DNA of 35,388 nucleotides from a virus (IMGVR_UViG_3300020059_000007:1-35388); one strand, 5' to 3'. Positions 17,265 through 25,736 are shown, numbered from the stretch's first letter. Numbers and translations are program-made. Notes: a model not told the origin generated them from the sequence alone.

Positions 17265-17613
17265 ATTTCTTCCCCAACTTAAAATCAGTTTTCTTTTTAG
17301 GTTTTTTTAGTTCTGATAGTTCTTCTTTTAATTCGTAGATATCATTTTTAATATCGGACAAGTCTCTATTCATATTTTCAATTCTAATATTTAACTGCCT
17401 TACATCAGAGCTAAATATTTTGATATCTTGCTTGATCTTTTTAAATTCAACAGAATTGCTTTCTTTTAAGCTCTTTATTGTTTCTCTAAATATTTCTTGG
17501 TATTTCGCGTCATTTCTATCAATCAAGGCTTGAAAGAAATCATCAATTAACATGTGAGTTAATGGCTCACCCTTTAATTCACCTTCATTTGTTCCGTAAT
17601 AACTACAATCCAT
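17257..17613 (-). CDS. Hypothetical coiled-coil protein
   Basis: Heptad pattern, GGAG RBS. Confidence 0.7.
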   Translation of the reverse strand: MDCSYYGTNEGELKGEPLTHMLIDDFFQALIDRNDAKYQEIFRETIKSLKESNSVEFKKIKQDIKIFSSDVRQLNIRIENMNRDLSDIKNDIYELKEELSELKKPKKKTDFKLGKKYA

Positions 17614-17615
17614 TT

Positions 17616-17909
17616 CTATTTCTCTCCTTTAAAATCAGGATTATAAATACCTCTTATAAAATAATCCCCATTTATAACAACGTCTAAATATTTCCAAGTA
17701 CTTTTATTGTGATAACAGTAATCGTACTTCTTACTAACATGACGAATGCCAATCTCGTTTAAGAATTGATTGTATCTTGTTACGCAATCAAGATATTTCT
17801 CATATTCACTCTTACTAAAATAAACTTTATCCTGGAAATATTTTTTCATTTTCATGGAATAAACAATAAACCTTCTATATTCCTTACTTGACACAATCCT
17901 TTGGTCCAT
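17616..17909 (-). CDS. Hypothetical protein
   Basis: AT-rich ORF packed in the operon. Confidence 0.65.
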   Translation of the reverse strand: MDQRIVSSKEYRRFIVYSMKMKKYFQDKVYFSKSEYEKYLDCVTRYNQFLNEIGIRHVSKKYDYCYHNKSTWKYLDVVINGDYFIRGIYNPDFKGEK

Positions 17910-17957
17910 TACCTATAACCTTCCTAAATCGCAGTCCATTAGTATTATTCCGTTAAT

Positions 17958-18629
17958 TTAAATATCTTTCCATCTTCTGCCATGTTTAATTTCATAAATA
18001 CAAAATTGGCTGACACCATAATCTAATCCAATATTTTTTTGGCCTTCGCCATTAGACAATCTAATTTTAATTTCTTTAATTTGTTCTATTGTTAATTTTG
18101 TAGCTAATTTAGATGAATGCTTACTACGCATTTCTTTTACTTTCTTTAACCTTAATAATCTATGTTCTTTTGTATCAATGGATGGCCATAACTTACCTGA
18201 ATTAATGTTATTAATCGTTCTATCACTAACCCCATATACTTTTGATAATTCAACCATAGTAATACCTTGAAGTATTTTATTTCTAATATCTTTTATCTGT
18301 AATTCAGTTAATTTACTACTAAGTCTCATACCTTTTTTTAAATGTTGTCTATCTTTATTAACCATATCTTGATTATTTTCAGCTATAGTCCCTATCCATA
18401 GATGATCTGGATTAACACATGATGGATTATCACAAGTATGACAAACACACATATTTTCTGGTATTGATCCTTTATGTAATTTATAAGATAAACGATGAGC
18501 TAATGTCATAGGTTTTTTATTCCACGTTAAAGTACCGTATCCATTCCTTGTTTTAGCACCTAACCAATTCATACAGCCATTACTATCTGGATTGGATATT
18601 TTCCTATAAAACTTTAATTTCTCTTTCAT
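17958..18629 (-). CDS. HNH homing endonuclease with two C-terminal HTH-like repeats
   Basis: C.NW.G...GYG, AHRLSY, VCHTCDNPSCVNPDHL..GT..EN.QD. Repeats KLTELQIKDIR.. and KLTIEQIKEIK.. Confidence 0.9.
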   Translation of the reverse strand: MKEKLKFYRKISNPDSNGCMNWLGAKTRNGYGTLTWNKKPMTLAHRLSYKLHKGSIPENMCVCHTCDNPSCVNPDHLWIGTIAENNQDMVNKDRQHLKKGMRLSSKLTELQIKDIRNKILQGITMVELSKVYGVSDRTINNINSGKLWPSIDTKEHRLLRLKKVKEMRSKHSSKLATKLTIEQIKEIKIRLSNGEGQKNIGLDYGVSQFCIYEIKHGRRWKDI

Positions 18630-18669
18630 AATAAATAACCAAAAACATTATTTTAATATGTTTAATCCT

Positions 18670-20232
18670 TTATTGCCAGTGAAAAACTGGGTTCCACATA
18701 TCAACAACTTTGTGCGTGCTCATTTTATCTTTCACAATACGATCTGATGCCAGATGTAAACATGGATATTGCACAGCATCCATTGGATGAGATGCCATGT
18801 TCTTATGGGGCTTTTCCTTAAATCTTTCTTCGCCAGAAACTGCCAACCTCTGATAATAATAATCTTTGAGAAAACCTTTATAAGTCACAGGACATTTCTT
18901 TTTATCCATGACAAATGATGGATGGCCATCAACCATTTTATTTAAGAAATATCGAACCGATCCTAATCGTGGTTCAAGATTATTTGATTCTGCGGGAATG
19001 GTATCAATGCCTAATGAACAGAGTTCGCCAATACAGGACATTTCTTCCATGATCTCATTACGCGCCATACCAGCAGGGTCACCAATAGACATACCAACTT
19101 TGCAATAAGGGAAATCCCTTAATAGTCCAGGGAGAACTACTGATTCTGCAAAGCTTCTAAGACCAATGCCATCACCTAAATATTCTTTCAATAACATCAG
19201 CACACCACGTTGCGTTAATTGCAATACAACACACGCTGGAGTCAATCCAAAGTCCCAACCAAGTATTAACGACTCACCTTGTATTGCTTCAAGATGATCT
19301 TTCGCATGAAGATCAGAATTAAATTCTGGAAAAACAATTTTACCAGTACCAACTGTTCCATATTCGCCAAGGCAAAATACTTTCACAAATTCTTCCGTCT
19401 GGCCGGCTGCTAGCTTTGTGTAATAATCATCAGGAAGGTGAGCAGTGTTATCAGCATTAGAGTTTCTAATCCAACATCCATTATCATTTTTTAATAATCC
19501 TGGTGGTTGTCTAAATAGCTTATGGCCTTCAACATCTTGTTCTTCAAACATTTTATAAAGCCAATGGTCTTCATCTGGCGGATTGGTGTCAAAGATAATG
19601 CCTGACCAATATGGTTTCTCACACAATGATTTAGAGGGATAACGATTAACGCGGCCTTTCATGTGATCAAAGGCCGCTTTCGGGATTTCAGAAAGTTCAT
19701 TGAAGTAAACCCCTGTCAACTCCAACGATTTAATCTTTCTGACATGTTCAGGACGATCTAACGCAATGAATAGAAGCTCAAGTTCAATAATACCATTACC
19801 ATCATTAAATGCGTGCTCATATTTTAATATTGGTTTCTGTCTTTTATAAATGTCCCCAAGTGAATCAAACCAAGTGATCCATGATTGCAATGTTGTTGAT
19901 TCTAGTTCTCCAGCAGTGTTTCTGACAATTCCCCATCGTGCTCGTCTACGGCCGTGATACCAAGTTGGCATCGCGCAAGCGCGTAAGACAATTTCAGTAA
20001 TTGCCCATGTAGTCTTACCACTTCCAAATGGACCCAATATGCCGCGTACAAAACTATTATCAGCATGAGCAATTGCACTAGTCTGATTCGGAATGTATAT
20101 TTTTTTGGGTTCACTTCCATTGCTAATAATCATCCTTCCATTATTGATAATAAGATGTTGCGATGTGATTTGATGACGATAATCATCTGCCCTATTCAAT
20201 CTTTTATTTAAATCTGCAATTGATGTCGTCAT
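18670..20232 (-). CDS. terL: Terminase large subunit
   Basis: Walker A GPFGSGKT, Walker B VYFNE, coupling motif DTNPP, nuclease GWDFG and C-terminal SHPMDA. Confidence 0.93.
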   Translation of the reverse strand: MTTSIADLNKRLNRADDYRHQITSQHLIINNGRMIISNGSEPKKIYIPNQTSAIAHADNSFVRGILGPFGSGKTTWAITEIVLRACAMPTWYHGRRRARWGIVRNTAGELESTTLQSWITWFDSLGDIYKRQKPILKYEHAFNDGNGIIELELLFIALDRPEHVRKIKSLELTGVYFNELSEIPKAAFDHMKGRVNRYPSKSLCEKPYWSGIIFDTNPPDEDHWLYKMFEEQDVEGHKLFRQPPGLLKNDNGCWIRNSNADNTAHLPDDYYTKLAAGQTEEFVKVFCLGEYGTVGTGKIVFPEFNSDLHAKDHLEAIQGESLILGWDFGLTPACVVLQLTQRGVLMLLKEYLGDGIGLRSFAESVVLPGLLRDFPYCKVGMSIGDPAGMARNEIMEEMSCIGELCSLGIDTIPAESNNLEPRLGSVRYFLNKMVDGHPSFVMDKKKCPVTYKGFLKDYYYQRLAVSGEERFKEKPHKNMASHPMDAVQYPCLHLASDRIVKDKMSTHKVVDMWNPVFHWQ

Positions 20233-20423
20233 TTGTCTAAAATAAACCTGGGTGGTTTTGTTTTATAATCTTGCCGTTTGTTACTGTCCTTCATGTGTTC
20301 TTGCGTTGTAAATCTAAACCCACATCGAATACATTCACGTCTTCGATAAATTTGATTGAATCTTTCATCCTTATTCGTTTCAACAACTTTAGAATCAGGA
20401 TAATCACAAGAAGTACATTGCAC
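20229..20423 (-). CDS. Stand-alone NrdR-like N-terminal zinc ribbon (no ATP-cone)
   Basis: MQCTSC...DSKVVET......IYRRRECIRCGFRFTTQE matches the NrdR signature C..C..SKV.DSR..IRRRREC..C..RFTT.E. Ends at 64 aa. Confidence 0.88.
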   Translation of the reverse strand: MQCTSCDYPDSKVVETNKDERFNQIYRRRECIRCGFRFTTQEHMKDSNKRQDYKTKPPRFILDK

Positions 20424-20626
20424 TATCTTCTAATTCCTCTAAGAGTCTTAATTCTATTAGCTCGATTCCATTTAATGACAATATCTTTTGCATTATATTT
20501 CTTAAGCAAAGGCGTTGAATCTTCTTCTAGCTTAATCTGCTTTCGATCATCAGGCGCGCGATGCTTTAATGGATCGCGCCATTCTTTTTCTAGCCATTTA
20601 TTCTTGATAGTCCTTACTTCATCCAT
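20423..20626 (-). CDS. Hypothetical basic protein
   Basis: Stop overlaps the start of the NrdR-like gene. Confidence 0.65.
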   Translation of the reverse strand: MDEVRTIKNKWLEKEWRDPLKHRAPDDRKQIKLEEDSTPLLKKYNAKDIVIKWNRANRIKTLRGIRR

Positions 20627-20650
20627 AGTATTTAATCCCTGATTTTTTGC

Positions 20651-20911
20651 TTATTTTCCATTTTCTGTTAATAAACAACTTCTACATTTATTTCTTATTT
20701 CTATTTCTTTTTTAAAGTCTTTTGCCCATACTTCATTTTCTTTAATTTTTACAAGATAAGTTTGAAAATTAGAAATATCTTTATTGATTCCAGACTGAAG
20801 AATAATAGTTCTAAATTCAAAATATCCATTCTCAAAGTCATAAGACCTAATTAGATCAGAAATTGCATCGTATAAATTACGTATTTCTTGTTTCATTAAT
20901 TCTATGCTCAC
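20651..20911 (-). CDS. Hypothetical protein
   Basis: AT-rich ORF in the operon. Confidence 0.55.
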   Translation of the reverse strand: MSIELMKQEIRNLYDAISDLIRSYDFENGYFEFRTIILQSGINKDISNFQTYLVKIKENEVWAKDFKKEIEIRNKCRSCLLTENGK

Positions 20912-20917
20912 ATTTCA

Positions 20918-21079
20918 TTAGTATTTCTTCCGTGGTTTTTTAGCTTTCTTTTTTTCACCTGCTTCACTATAAGCAATGGCGACTGCTTGTTTCTGCGGTT
21001 TTCCAGCTTCCATCTCTCTTTTCACGTTAGTAGAAAAACCTTTCCTTGTTTTAGCTTTAGCACCTTTAACTAACGGCAT
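20918..21079 (-). CDS. Small basic phage protein, 53 aa (MPLVKG...GKPQKQAVAIAYSEA)
   Basis: Hand-translated, AAGGAG RBS. The K.QAVAIA.S.A motif is common near terminase genes. Confidence 0.8.
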   Translation of the reverse strand: MPLVKGAKAKTRKGFSTNVKREMEAGKPQKQAVAIAYSEAGEKKKAKKPRKKY

Positions 21080-21094
21080 TACTCTCTCCTTGAG

Positions 21095-21259
21095 TTAATC
21101 GTAACTTTGACATGGACAAGCTGTCATTGCCCAATCACCTTTCCCATAAACATCATGCACAACATAACCCATGTCTTTATCGTATCTCTCACGACCAACA
21201 TGAAGACCTTCTGTTTCAATAACTCCTGTACCATCACAATCTTCACACTTAGAGTTCAT
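21095..21259 (-). CDS. Small zinc-finger protein, 54 aa (CEDCDGTG...CPC)
   Basis: Hand-translated, with a CxxCxGxG motif. Confidence 0.7.
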   Translation of the reverse strand: MNSKCEDCDGTGVIETEGLHVGRERYDKDMGYVVHDVYGKGDWAMTACPCQSYD

Positions 21260-21416
21260 AAGAATGATTTTCTTTTCGTCCAGTTATTCTTTCAGGGTCT
21301 AATCTTGAATTATTAATAACGACTGTCATCGCAGAATTATCGTCGTAACCTTTCTGCATTTCTTTATAGATGTGATCAACCATCTTTCCATTAGTTCGAT
21401 CAAGTGGCTCGCTCAT
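21249..21416 (-). CDS. Hypothetical protein, 55 aa
   Basis: Hand-translated MSEPLDRTNG...; ATGA overlap with the upstream gene and GAGG RBS. Confidence 0.6.
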   Translation of the reverse strand: MSEPLDRTNGKMVDHIYKEMQKGYDDNSAMTVVINNSRLDPERITGRKENHSYEL

Positions 21417-21631
21417 TTCGTGACCTCATCTGAATAAACTTTTGGTTTTTGAAAGTTTGGTGCGTGACGAGGTAAACGAAAATCTCGATTGTCGATATAC
21501 TTTTGCTTTAGCTCATCATCAATTTGTTTTCCAGCAACTAATTGTGTTGAGTAAGCCATGCTATAGCCTTCCTTGGTTTTACCAGGACAGGTATTAAGAG
21601 GAAGCGGTGCATTTTTATATGGGTTTTTCAT
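21413..21631 (-). CDS. Hypothetical protein
   Basis: ATGA overlap with terS. Confidence 0.7.
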   Translation of the reverse strand: MKNPYKNAPLPLNTCPGKTKEGYSMAYSTQLVAGKQIDDELKQKYIDNRDFRLPRHAPNFQKPKVYSDEVTK

Positions 21632-22053
21632 TCAGTGATTTCCTTATCATCAGATGAATTATTTCGATTTGCTTTTTTGATTTCTTTCTCAATGCGATCC
21701 ATTTGTTTCGCTAGCTCCATGACATCTGCGCTGCGTCCGAAATGTTTATAATGTCTTCGTTCTAACTTCCAAGCTGCTGCTTGCCACTGACCCTTGGCAG
21801 ATGCTTCATCAATTTTTTCTAGCCAATGAACTGTTGAGTTGCCTCTAGCTTCTTTTAGCCGTATGAAGAATTGTACATAATCTTCATTACCTTCTTTAGC
21901 TAACAGTCTCCAATTGCGCATTGTTGAAATGTTTATACCTGCATAATCACAAGCAAGCACATTAGGAGCACCCTTGCTTACGGCATGAATAATTTTTTCT
22001 TTTACCTCTTCCGTAAATTTTGTTGGTTGGCCGCGTTGACCAGGCTCATCCAT
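21628..22053 (-). CDS. terS: Terminase small subunit
   Basis: G.PTKFT.E, HTH AC.YAGI..ST..NW and WQAAAW.LERR motifs. Lies upstream of terL. Confidence 0.82.
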   Translation of the reverse strand: MDEPGQRGQPTKFTEEVKEKIIHAVSKGAPNVLACDYAGINISTMRNWRLLAKEGNEDYVQFFIRLKEARGNSTVHWLEKIDEASAKGQWQAAAWKLERRHYKHFGRSADVMELAKQMDRIEKEIKKANRNNSSDDKEITE

Positions 22054-22106
22054 GACTTAATCCTTTAATATCATTTGATTTCTATTTTAGCGCATTATAA
22101 GATCAA

Positions 22107-22517
22107 TTAAACAATTATTTCAAAATGTACCAAATCCATAAAGGTTTGATCGGTTACTTCAGTATCGCCATCCCAATCACCACCGAATCTCACACCATGG
22201 GTCATTTTTCCCTCTTCCTTCAATCTTTTAGCAATACCCATTACAAACCCACCAAAATAATAAAATCGTTTAGTGTTGCTCCAATTTAGTGGGTAGGGAG
22301 CGACATCTACGGCGAGGCTTGGTTGCTGATTGTGTTTTCCATGGGGAAAATGAAGTTTGGTGTTGCCCGCTTGAAATGCTTTCTCTTGGTCTGCTTGGTT
22401 TCTGTAGCCTTCCAAAATAGTGCAATCAAAATATTTAATGACCTCGAAAAATAGTTTTTGCAGTTCCAAATCGCATGTTGAAAGTTTTGAGAGTGATGGC
22501 TGGCTGAACTTTGGCAT
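22107..22517 (-). CDS. Endolysin, peptidase M15 (L-Ala-D-Glu peptidase-like)
   Basis: ILEGYR...Q, KH...S.AVD, R.GGDW and D.VHFE motifs. Probable start MPKFS at 22517 (AAGGA RBS). Confidence 0.88.
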   Translation of the reverse strand: MPKFSQPSLSKLSTCDLELQKLFFEVIKYFDCTILEGYRNQADQEKAFQAGNTKLHFPHGKHNQQPSLAVDVAPYPLNWSNTKRFYYFGGFVMGIAKRLKEEGKMTHGVRFGGDWDGDTEVTDQTFMDLVHFEIIV

Positions 22518-22525
22518 TATAATCC

Positions 22526-22822
22526 TTAGTGGTCGCTTTCTATTATCCAACGAAAGAAACTATCGATATCTTCAATTGAACTGATGACATCGACTTGTCC
22601 TTTCCAATTATCATGCCATTCTTTTTCATGTTTCGTTAGTTTTTGCTGACTTAAAAACTTTTCACCGTCTTTAATTTCGAAGAACCAATTTCGTCCCTCA
22701 ATCCCGACCGCAATATCAGGTGCTCCCTTTCCCACCATGCTCATGACTAGCACCGTGCACCCTCGATCCCGAAATGCTTTCACTATCTGGTTCTGGTTGT
22801 CGTCGATTCTTTTCGCTCTCAT
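22526..22822 (-). CDS. PD-(D/E)xK nuclease, VRR-NUC / resolvase-like
   Basis: R.K.D.NQ..IV, G.G.PDI, FFEIKDG and KLT..E..W...W.G motifs. Confidence 0.82.
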   Translation of the reverse strand: MRAKRIDDNQNQIVKAFRDRGCTVLVMSMVGKGAPDIAVGIEGRNWFFEIKDGEKFLSQQKLTKHEKEWHDNWKGQVDVISSIEDIDSFFRWIIESDH

Positions 22823-22904
22823 TACTATTTCCATATAGTTGTTTGAGTAATTCTTGTACTTTATCACTATCCTTGAAGCTTACAAACTTCCTTGTTTTGA
22901 CCAT
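22716..22904 (-). CDS. Hypothetical protein (MVKTRKFVSFKD...)
   Basis: GGAG RBS before ATG 22904. Its tail overlaps the nuclease gene. Confidence 0.4.
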   Translation of the reverse strand: MVKTRKFVSFKDSDKVQELLKQLYGNSNESEKNRRQPEPDSESISGSRVHGASHEHGGKGST

Positions 22905-22923
22905 GCTAAAAACTCCGTTAACC

Positions 22924-22939
22924 AGTTCCATGTGGAACA
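22924..22939. promoter_or_regulatory. parS-like palindrome (minus strand TGTTCCACATGGAACT)
   Basis: 14/16 match to the chromosomal parS TGTTCCACGTGGAACA. Intergenic. Confidence 0.5.
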
Positions 22940-22965
22940 ATTATTTCATCGTAAAGCCTAATATG

Positions 22966-23187
22966 TCATTCAGCCTCAATTATTTTTTTAATTTGTTTGA
23001 AACGAGTATCAGCTTTTTTTTCATTGTTTGGATAATGTTCTTCAAGTTCACAATCATCAGTTGTGATATGAATGACATATTTATGTTCTTGATCTCTGTA
23101 ATCATAAGTAAATTTAACAAACTTTATTTTATCAATAGGAACTAAAATATTATTTCCTAATGCTGTTATTGATTCTAAAAACTTCAT
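22966..23187 (-). CDS. Hypothetical protein
   Basis: AGGA RBS, 73 aa. Confidence 0.7.
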   Translation of the reverse strand: MKFLESITALGNNILVPIDKIKFVKFTYDYRDQEHKYVIHITTDDCELEEHYPNNEKKADTRFKQIKKIIEAE

Positions 23188-23226
23188 CTCTATTCTCCTA
23201 ATTATTAATAATTGTCTATCTCTCTA

Positions 23227-23449
23227 CACGGACACATGGACAAACGGACAAACTCTCTCTTTATATATTATTTATTATATAGTTAGAGAGTGTCCATGTA
23301 TATTTATAGAGACGGACACATGGACAACATAGGCAATATTTGTACAGTGTCCGTTGTCCGTCTGTTTGTCCGTCATAGACATCAAAAACTCCTTATTAAT
23401 CAACAATTGTCCGTTTGTCCATGTGTCCGTGATGATGGAGAGAGTGTCC
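23227..23449. repeat. GGACA repeat cluster with a perfect 25-bp inverted repeat; candidate replication origin
   Basis: CACGGACACATGGACAAACGGACAA at 23227-23251 and its exact reverse complement at 23407-23431. About 13 GGACA/TGTCC copies and an AT-only tract at about 23260-23281. Confidence 0.8.
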
Positions 23450-24563
23450 ACATTTTGCCTCTTTTAGGTGCAAAAGAATCATATTCGTATATTTTTAAAT
23501 CTTCTTTTGCAGCATACATTCTCGCTACTGAATGGCCATTGTCGGTGCATGCCTTCCTAATGACGGACAAAGGAACTGCACCATTTTGTAGCAACTTAAC
23601 TAAAAATGTCTTAACTTCTTCCAATTTAGGTGCTTTCACATCTGTCTGCGTATTAAGAATTTCGTTCGCTGTCTTGTCTATTCTTTCATCAAGAAATGAC
23701 ACGTGGCTCGTTTCTATACTATTTTCCAACAAAGAACTGATTATTTTGTATACAAACCCGTACTTATCTTGACCAATATTGTTTTTGATTGGGATAAAAA
23801 GCCGTCTTTCGGGGTTTTCTGGGTCTTTCATAATGCCGTAAACGACTCTTGCTGCGGCAGCAAAACCTATACTACCCATGACTCGATAGATTGCATTTTT
23901 GCTAGCTGAGCCAGATGGTTTTGAGAAGTGAGAATTGAGAACTAATCCAAGATCATGTCTTTCAGCTAAAGCAGTAATTCTTGCGAGGGCGCCTCTGATT
24001 TCATTATTTTTATGTTGGTCAATAGAACCTAGATAAATTGTAATTGGATCGACAATTAGTATCTTATAATTATTATCAATAATCTTTTGTTCTAATTCTG
24101 CTAAATGTTCTACTAAGCAAATGGCGTCATAATATGGCTGGCCATTCTTATCAACTTTTTTAATACCTTTAACATTATCGATATTATTTATATTAGCGCC
24201 CAGTGCTCTTAATCTTGGAACAATTGTATCTTCAGATTCATCCTCACCAGAAATTAATAATACTTTTTGTTGTTCGCAATTTTTAAATTCAAAATGAAAT
24301 TTACCGCCATTGCTAACAATACTAGCAATATATAATAAAAGTTGTGATTTCCCGACTCCTGGTTCGCCAGCAAATAGAGTTAACTTTCCTTTTGCTATAA
24401 CATCTTTCCATATCCAATCTATCTTTTTCATTTTAACTTGAGATAGCTTTTCTATTTCAATTTCGACTGGTAAGGAATGAACATTATCTTCATCACTTGC
24501 ATACGGTGAGATAATATTTTTATTTTTCGTAAATCCTTTTGTTGGTCTGCGCTTGTCTGACAT
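23400..24563 (-). CDS. RecA-like SF4 / AAA_25 helicase (RepA-like)
   Basis: W.WK..I..GKLTLFAGEPGVGKS, LLISGED, LIVDPI, HFSK, GS.GF..AAR and KNNIG motifs. Confidence 0.88.
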   Translation of the reverse strand: MSDKRRPTKGFTKNKNIISPYASDEDNVHSLPVEIEIEKLSQVKMKKIDWIWKDVIAKGKLTLFAGEPGVGKSQLLLYIASIVSNGGKFHFEFKNCEQQKVLLISGEDESEDTIVPRLRALGANINNIDNVKGIKKVDKNGQPYYDAICLVEHLAELEQKIIDNNYKILIVDPITIYLGSIDQHKNNEIRGALARITALAERHDLGLVLNSHFSKPSGSASKNAIYRVMGSIGFAAAARVVYGIMKDPENPERRLFIPIKNNIGQDKYGFVYKIISSLLENSIETSHVSFLDERIDKTANEILNTQTDVKAPKLEEVKTFLVKLLQNGAVPLSVIRKACTDNGHSVARMYAAKEDLKIYEYDSFAPKRGKMWTLSPSSRTHGQTDNC

Positions 24564-24565
24564 AG

Positions 24566-24976
24566 TTAAAAATCCTTTTTGTATGTGGTTGATAGTAAAT
24601 TTAAAGATAAAAGCACCACTCGCTCCGCATCATAATCAAATAATGCTTGAGCAATGCTTTCTATGTATTCCGTTACGAGTTCGCTGGTTTCTATTATAAG
24701 TATCTCACATCCCTTGACTGGCCAGTCGTAAGCGAAAGGCGAATGATCAGGTGGGAGCGCAATGGTTCTTGTGGGACGTGTGCGAGAAGAAACCTTGCCT
24801 CTATCCCATGATTCGCTGCCAATAAAGACATAAACACTATTGGTTGGCTTTTGACCGGATGTTAAAAGTTGGTGTAATGGCTTGCTGTATGGCGGTAATT
24901 TCATTATTATTTGCCTGTTAAGTAAGTGATTTGCCTTGTTAGGTAATGAATGAATGTTCATGTTAAATATCAGCAT
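24566..24976 (-). CDS. Hypothetical protein coupled to the helicase (start may be 24904)
   Basis: LPP..SP..YDWPV.G motif. Ends 2 nt before the helicase start. Confidence 0.7.
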   Translation of the reverse strand: MLIFNMNIHSLPNKANHLLNRQIIMKLPPYSKPLHQLLTSGQKPTNSVYVFIGSESWDRGKVSSRTRPTRTIALPPDHSPFAYDWPVKGCEILIIETSELVTEYIESIAQALFDYDAERVVLLSLNLLSTTYKKDF

Positions 24977-25023
24977 GTGGGAGTGGCTAGCTCCCGCCTG
25001 TCCTTTGCCGAATCACAAAGCTA

Positions 25024-25137
25024 CTATAAGTTTAGTTTCTTAAGCAATTCAGCTATTAATCTTTCGTACTCTTTATGATCTAAATCTAATTCCTGAAGTT
25101 TCGCCTTCTCTTTTTCATATTCAATCCATTTATTCAT
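25024..25137 (-). CDS. Small helical protein, 37 aa (MNKWIEYEKEKAKLQELDLDHKEYERLIAELLKKLNL)
   Basis: Hand-translated, AAGGA RBS. Confidence 0.7.
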   Translation of the reverse strand: MNKWIEYEKEKAKLQELDLDHKEYERLIAELLKKLNL

Positions 25138-25160
25138 AATCATTCCTTGATTATCATTTA

Positions 25161-25190
25161 TTTAAAGGTAGCGGATTCGCCACCTTTAAA
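25161..25190. repeat. 30-bp quasi-palindrome, copy 1
   Basis: TTTAAAGGTAGCGGATTCGCCACCTTTAAA; 25/30 identical to 31633-31662. Confidence 0.75.
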
Positions 25191-25224
25191 CTTACCTCAT
25201 TACACTAATATGAAGTTATTTTTG

Positions 25225-25252
25225 TTGACTCTACCATCTGTCATGATAGTAT
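25225..25252 (+). promoter_or_regulatory. Putative sigma70 promoter of the early operon
   Basis: TTGACT-N16-TAGTAT with an extended TGn. Confidence 0.5.
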
Positions 25253-25288
25253 GCAATGAAACAACTTATTATAATCAAAGGAATAGTT

Positions 25289-25471
25289 ATGGATAAAAAT
25301 AAATCGATCACAACAACAACAATACGAGTTCCCACTGATACCTGGAGCTTTATTAGAAAAACAGCCTTTGATCAGCATAGAAGCATAAATGAAATCATTG
25401 TTAACTGCCTCGAATCTTATAAAACTAATCGTGAAAAGCTCTTGCAATCGACTGATACTATGATATCATAG
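25289..25471 (+). CDS. Arc-like ribbon-helix-helix regulator
   Basis: TTTIRVP......IRK.A....RSINEII motif. Probable start ATG 25289 after AAGGA. Confidence 0.8.
   Translation: MDKNKSITTTTIRVPTDTWSFIRKTAFDQHRSINEIIVNCLESYKTNREKLLQSTDTMIS
25442..25469 (+). promoter_or_regulatory. Second putative early promoter
   Basis: TTGCAA-N16-TATCAT with an extended TGn, same layout as 25225. Confidence 0.4.
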
Positions 25472-25493
25472 CCTTACTCAAGAGGAGAAACAA

Positions 25494-25736
25494 ATGACAA
25501 AAAACGAACAACTAGCAATCACAAAGTACGACCTGCTTTATGAGCAACGTATGACAAGAGTCGAGACTGCACTCGAAGGAATAGTCAAGACCATGGACAA
25601 CTTGATTTATGAAGTAAGAGAGATCAGAAAGGACATGAAGACAGACTTTAGATGGATATTAGGAATGATGGTTTTAATGTTAGGTGGTTTTGGATCACTT
25701 TTTGGATTGATGGCGCACGGGTTTAAATGGTTCTAA
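25494..25736 (+). CDS. Coiled-coil protein with a C-terminal transmembrane helix
   Basis: DFRWILGMMVLMLGGFGSLFGLMAHGFKWF; AGGAG RBS. Confidence 0.8.
   Translation: MTKNEQLAITKYDLLYEQRMTRVETALEGIVKTMDNLIYEVREIRKDMKTDFRWILGMMVLMLGGFGSLFGLMAHGFKWF

Noticed and set aside
23227-23449. CRISPR array interpretation of the repeats
   Set aside because: Units are 5-8 bp in both orientations, with no repeat-spacer periodicity and no cas genes.
23290-23772. 160-aa plus-strand ORF
   Set aside because: Runs through the repeat array and antisense to the helicase; no recognisable motif.
24941-24968. dif-like site (TCATGTTAAAT resembles the XerD arm)
   Set aside because: No credible XerC arm at the right spacing.
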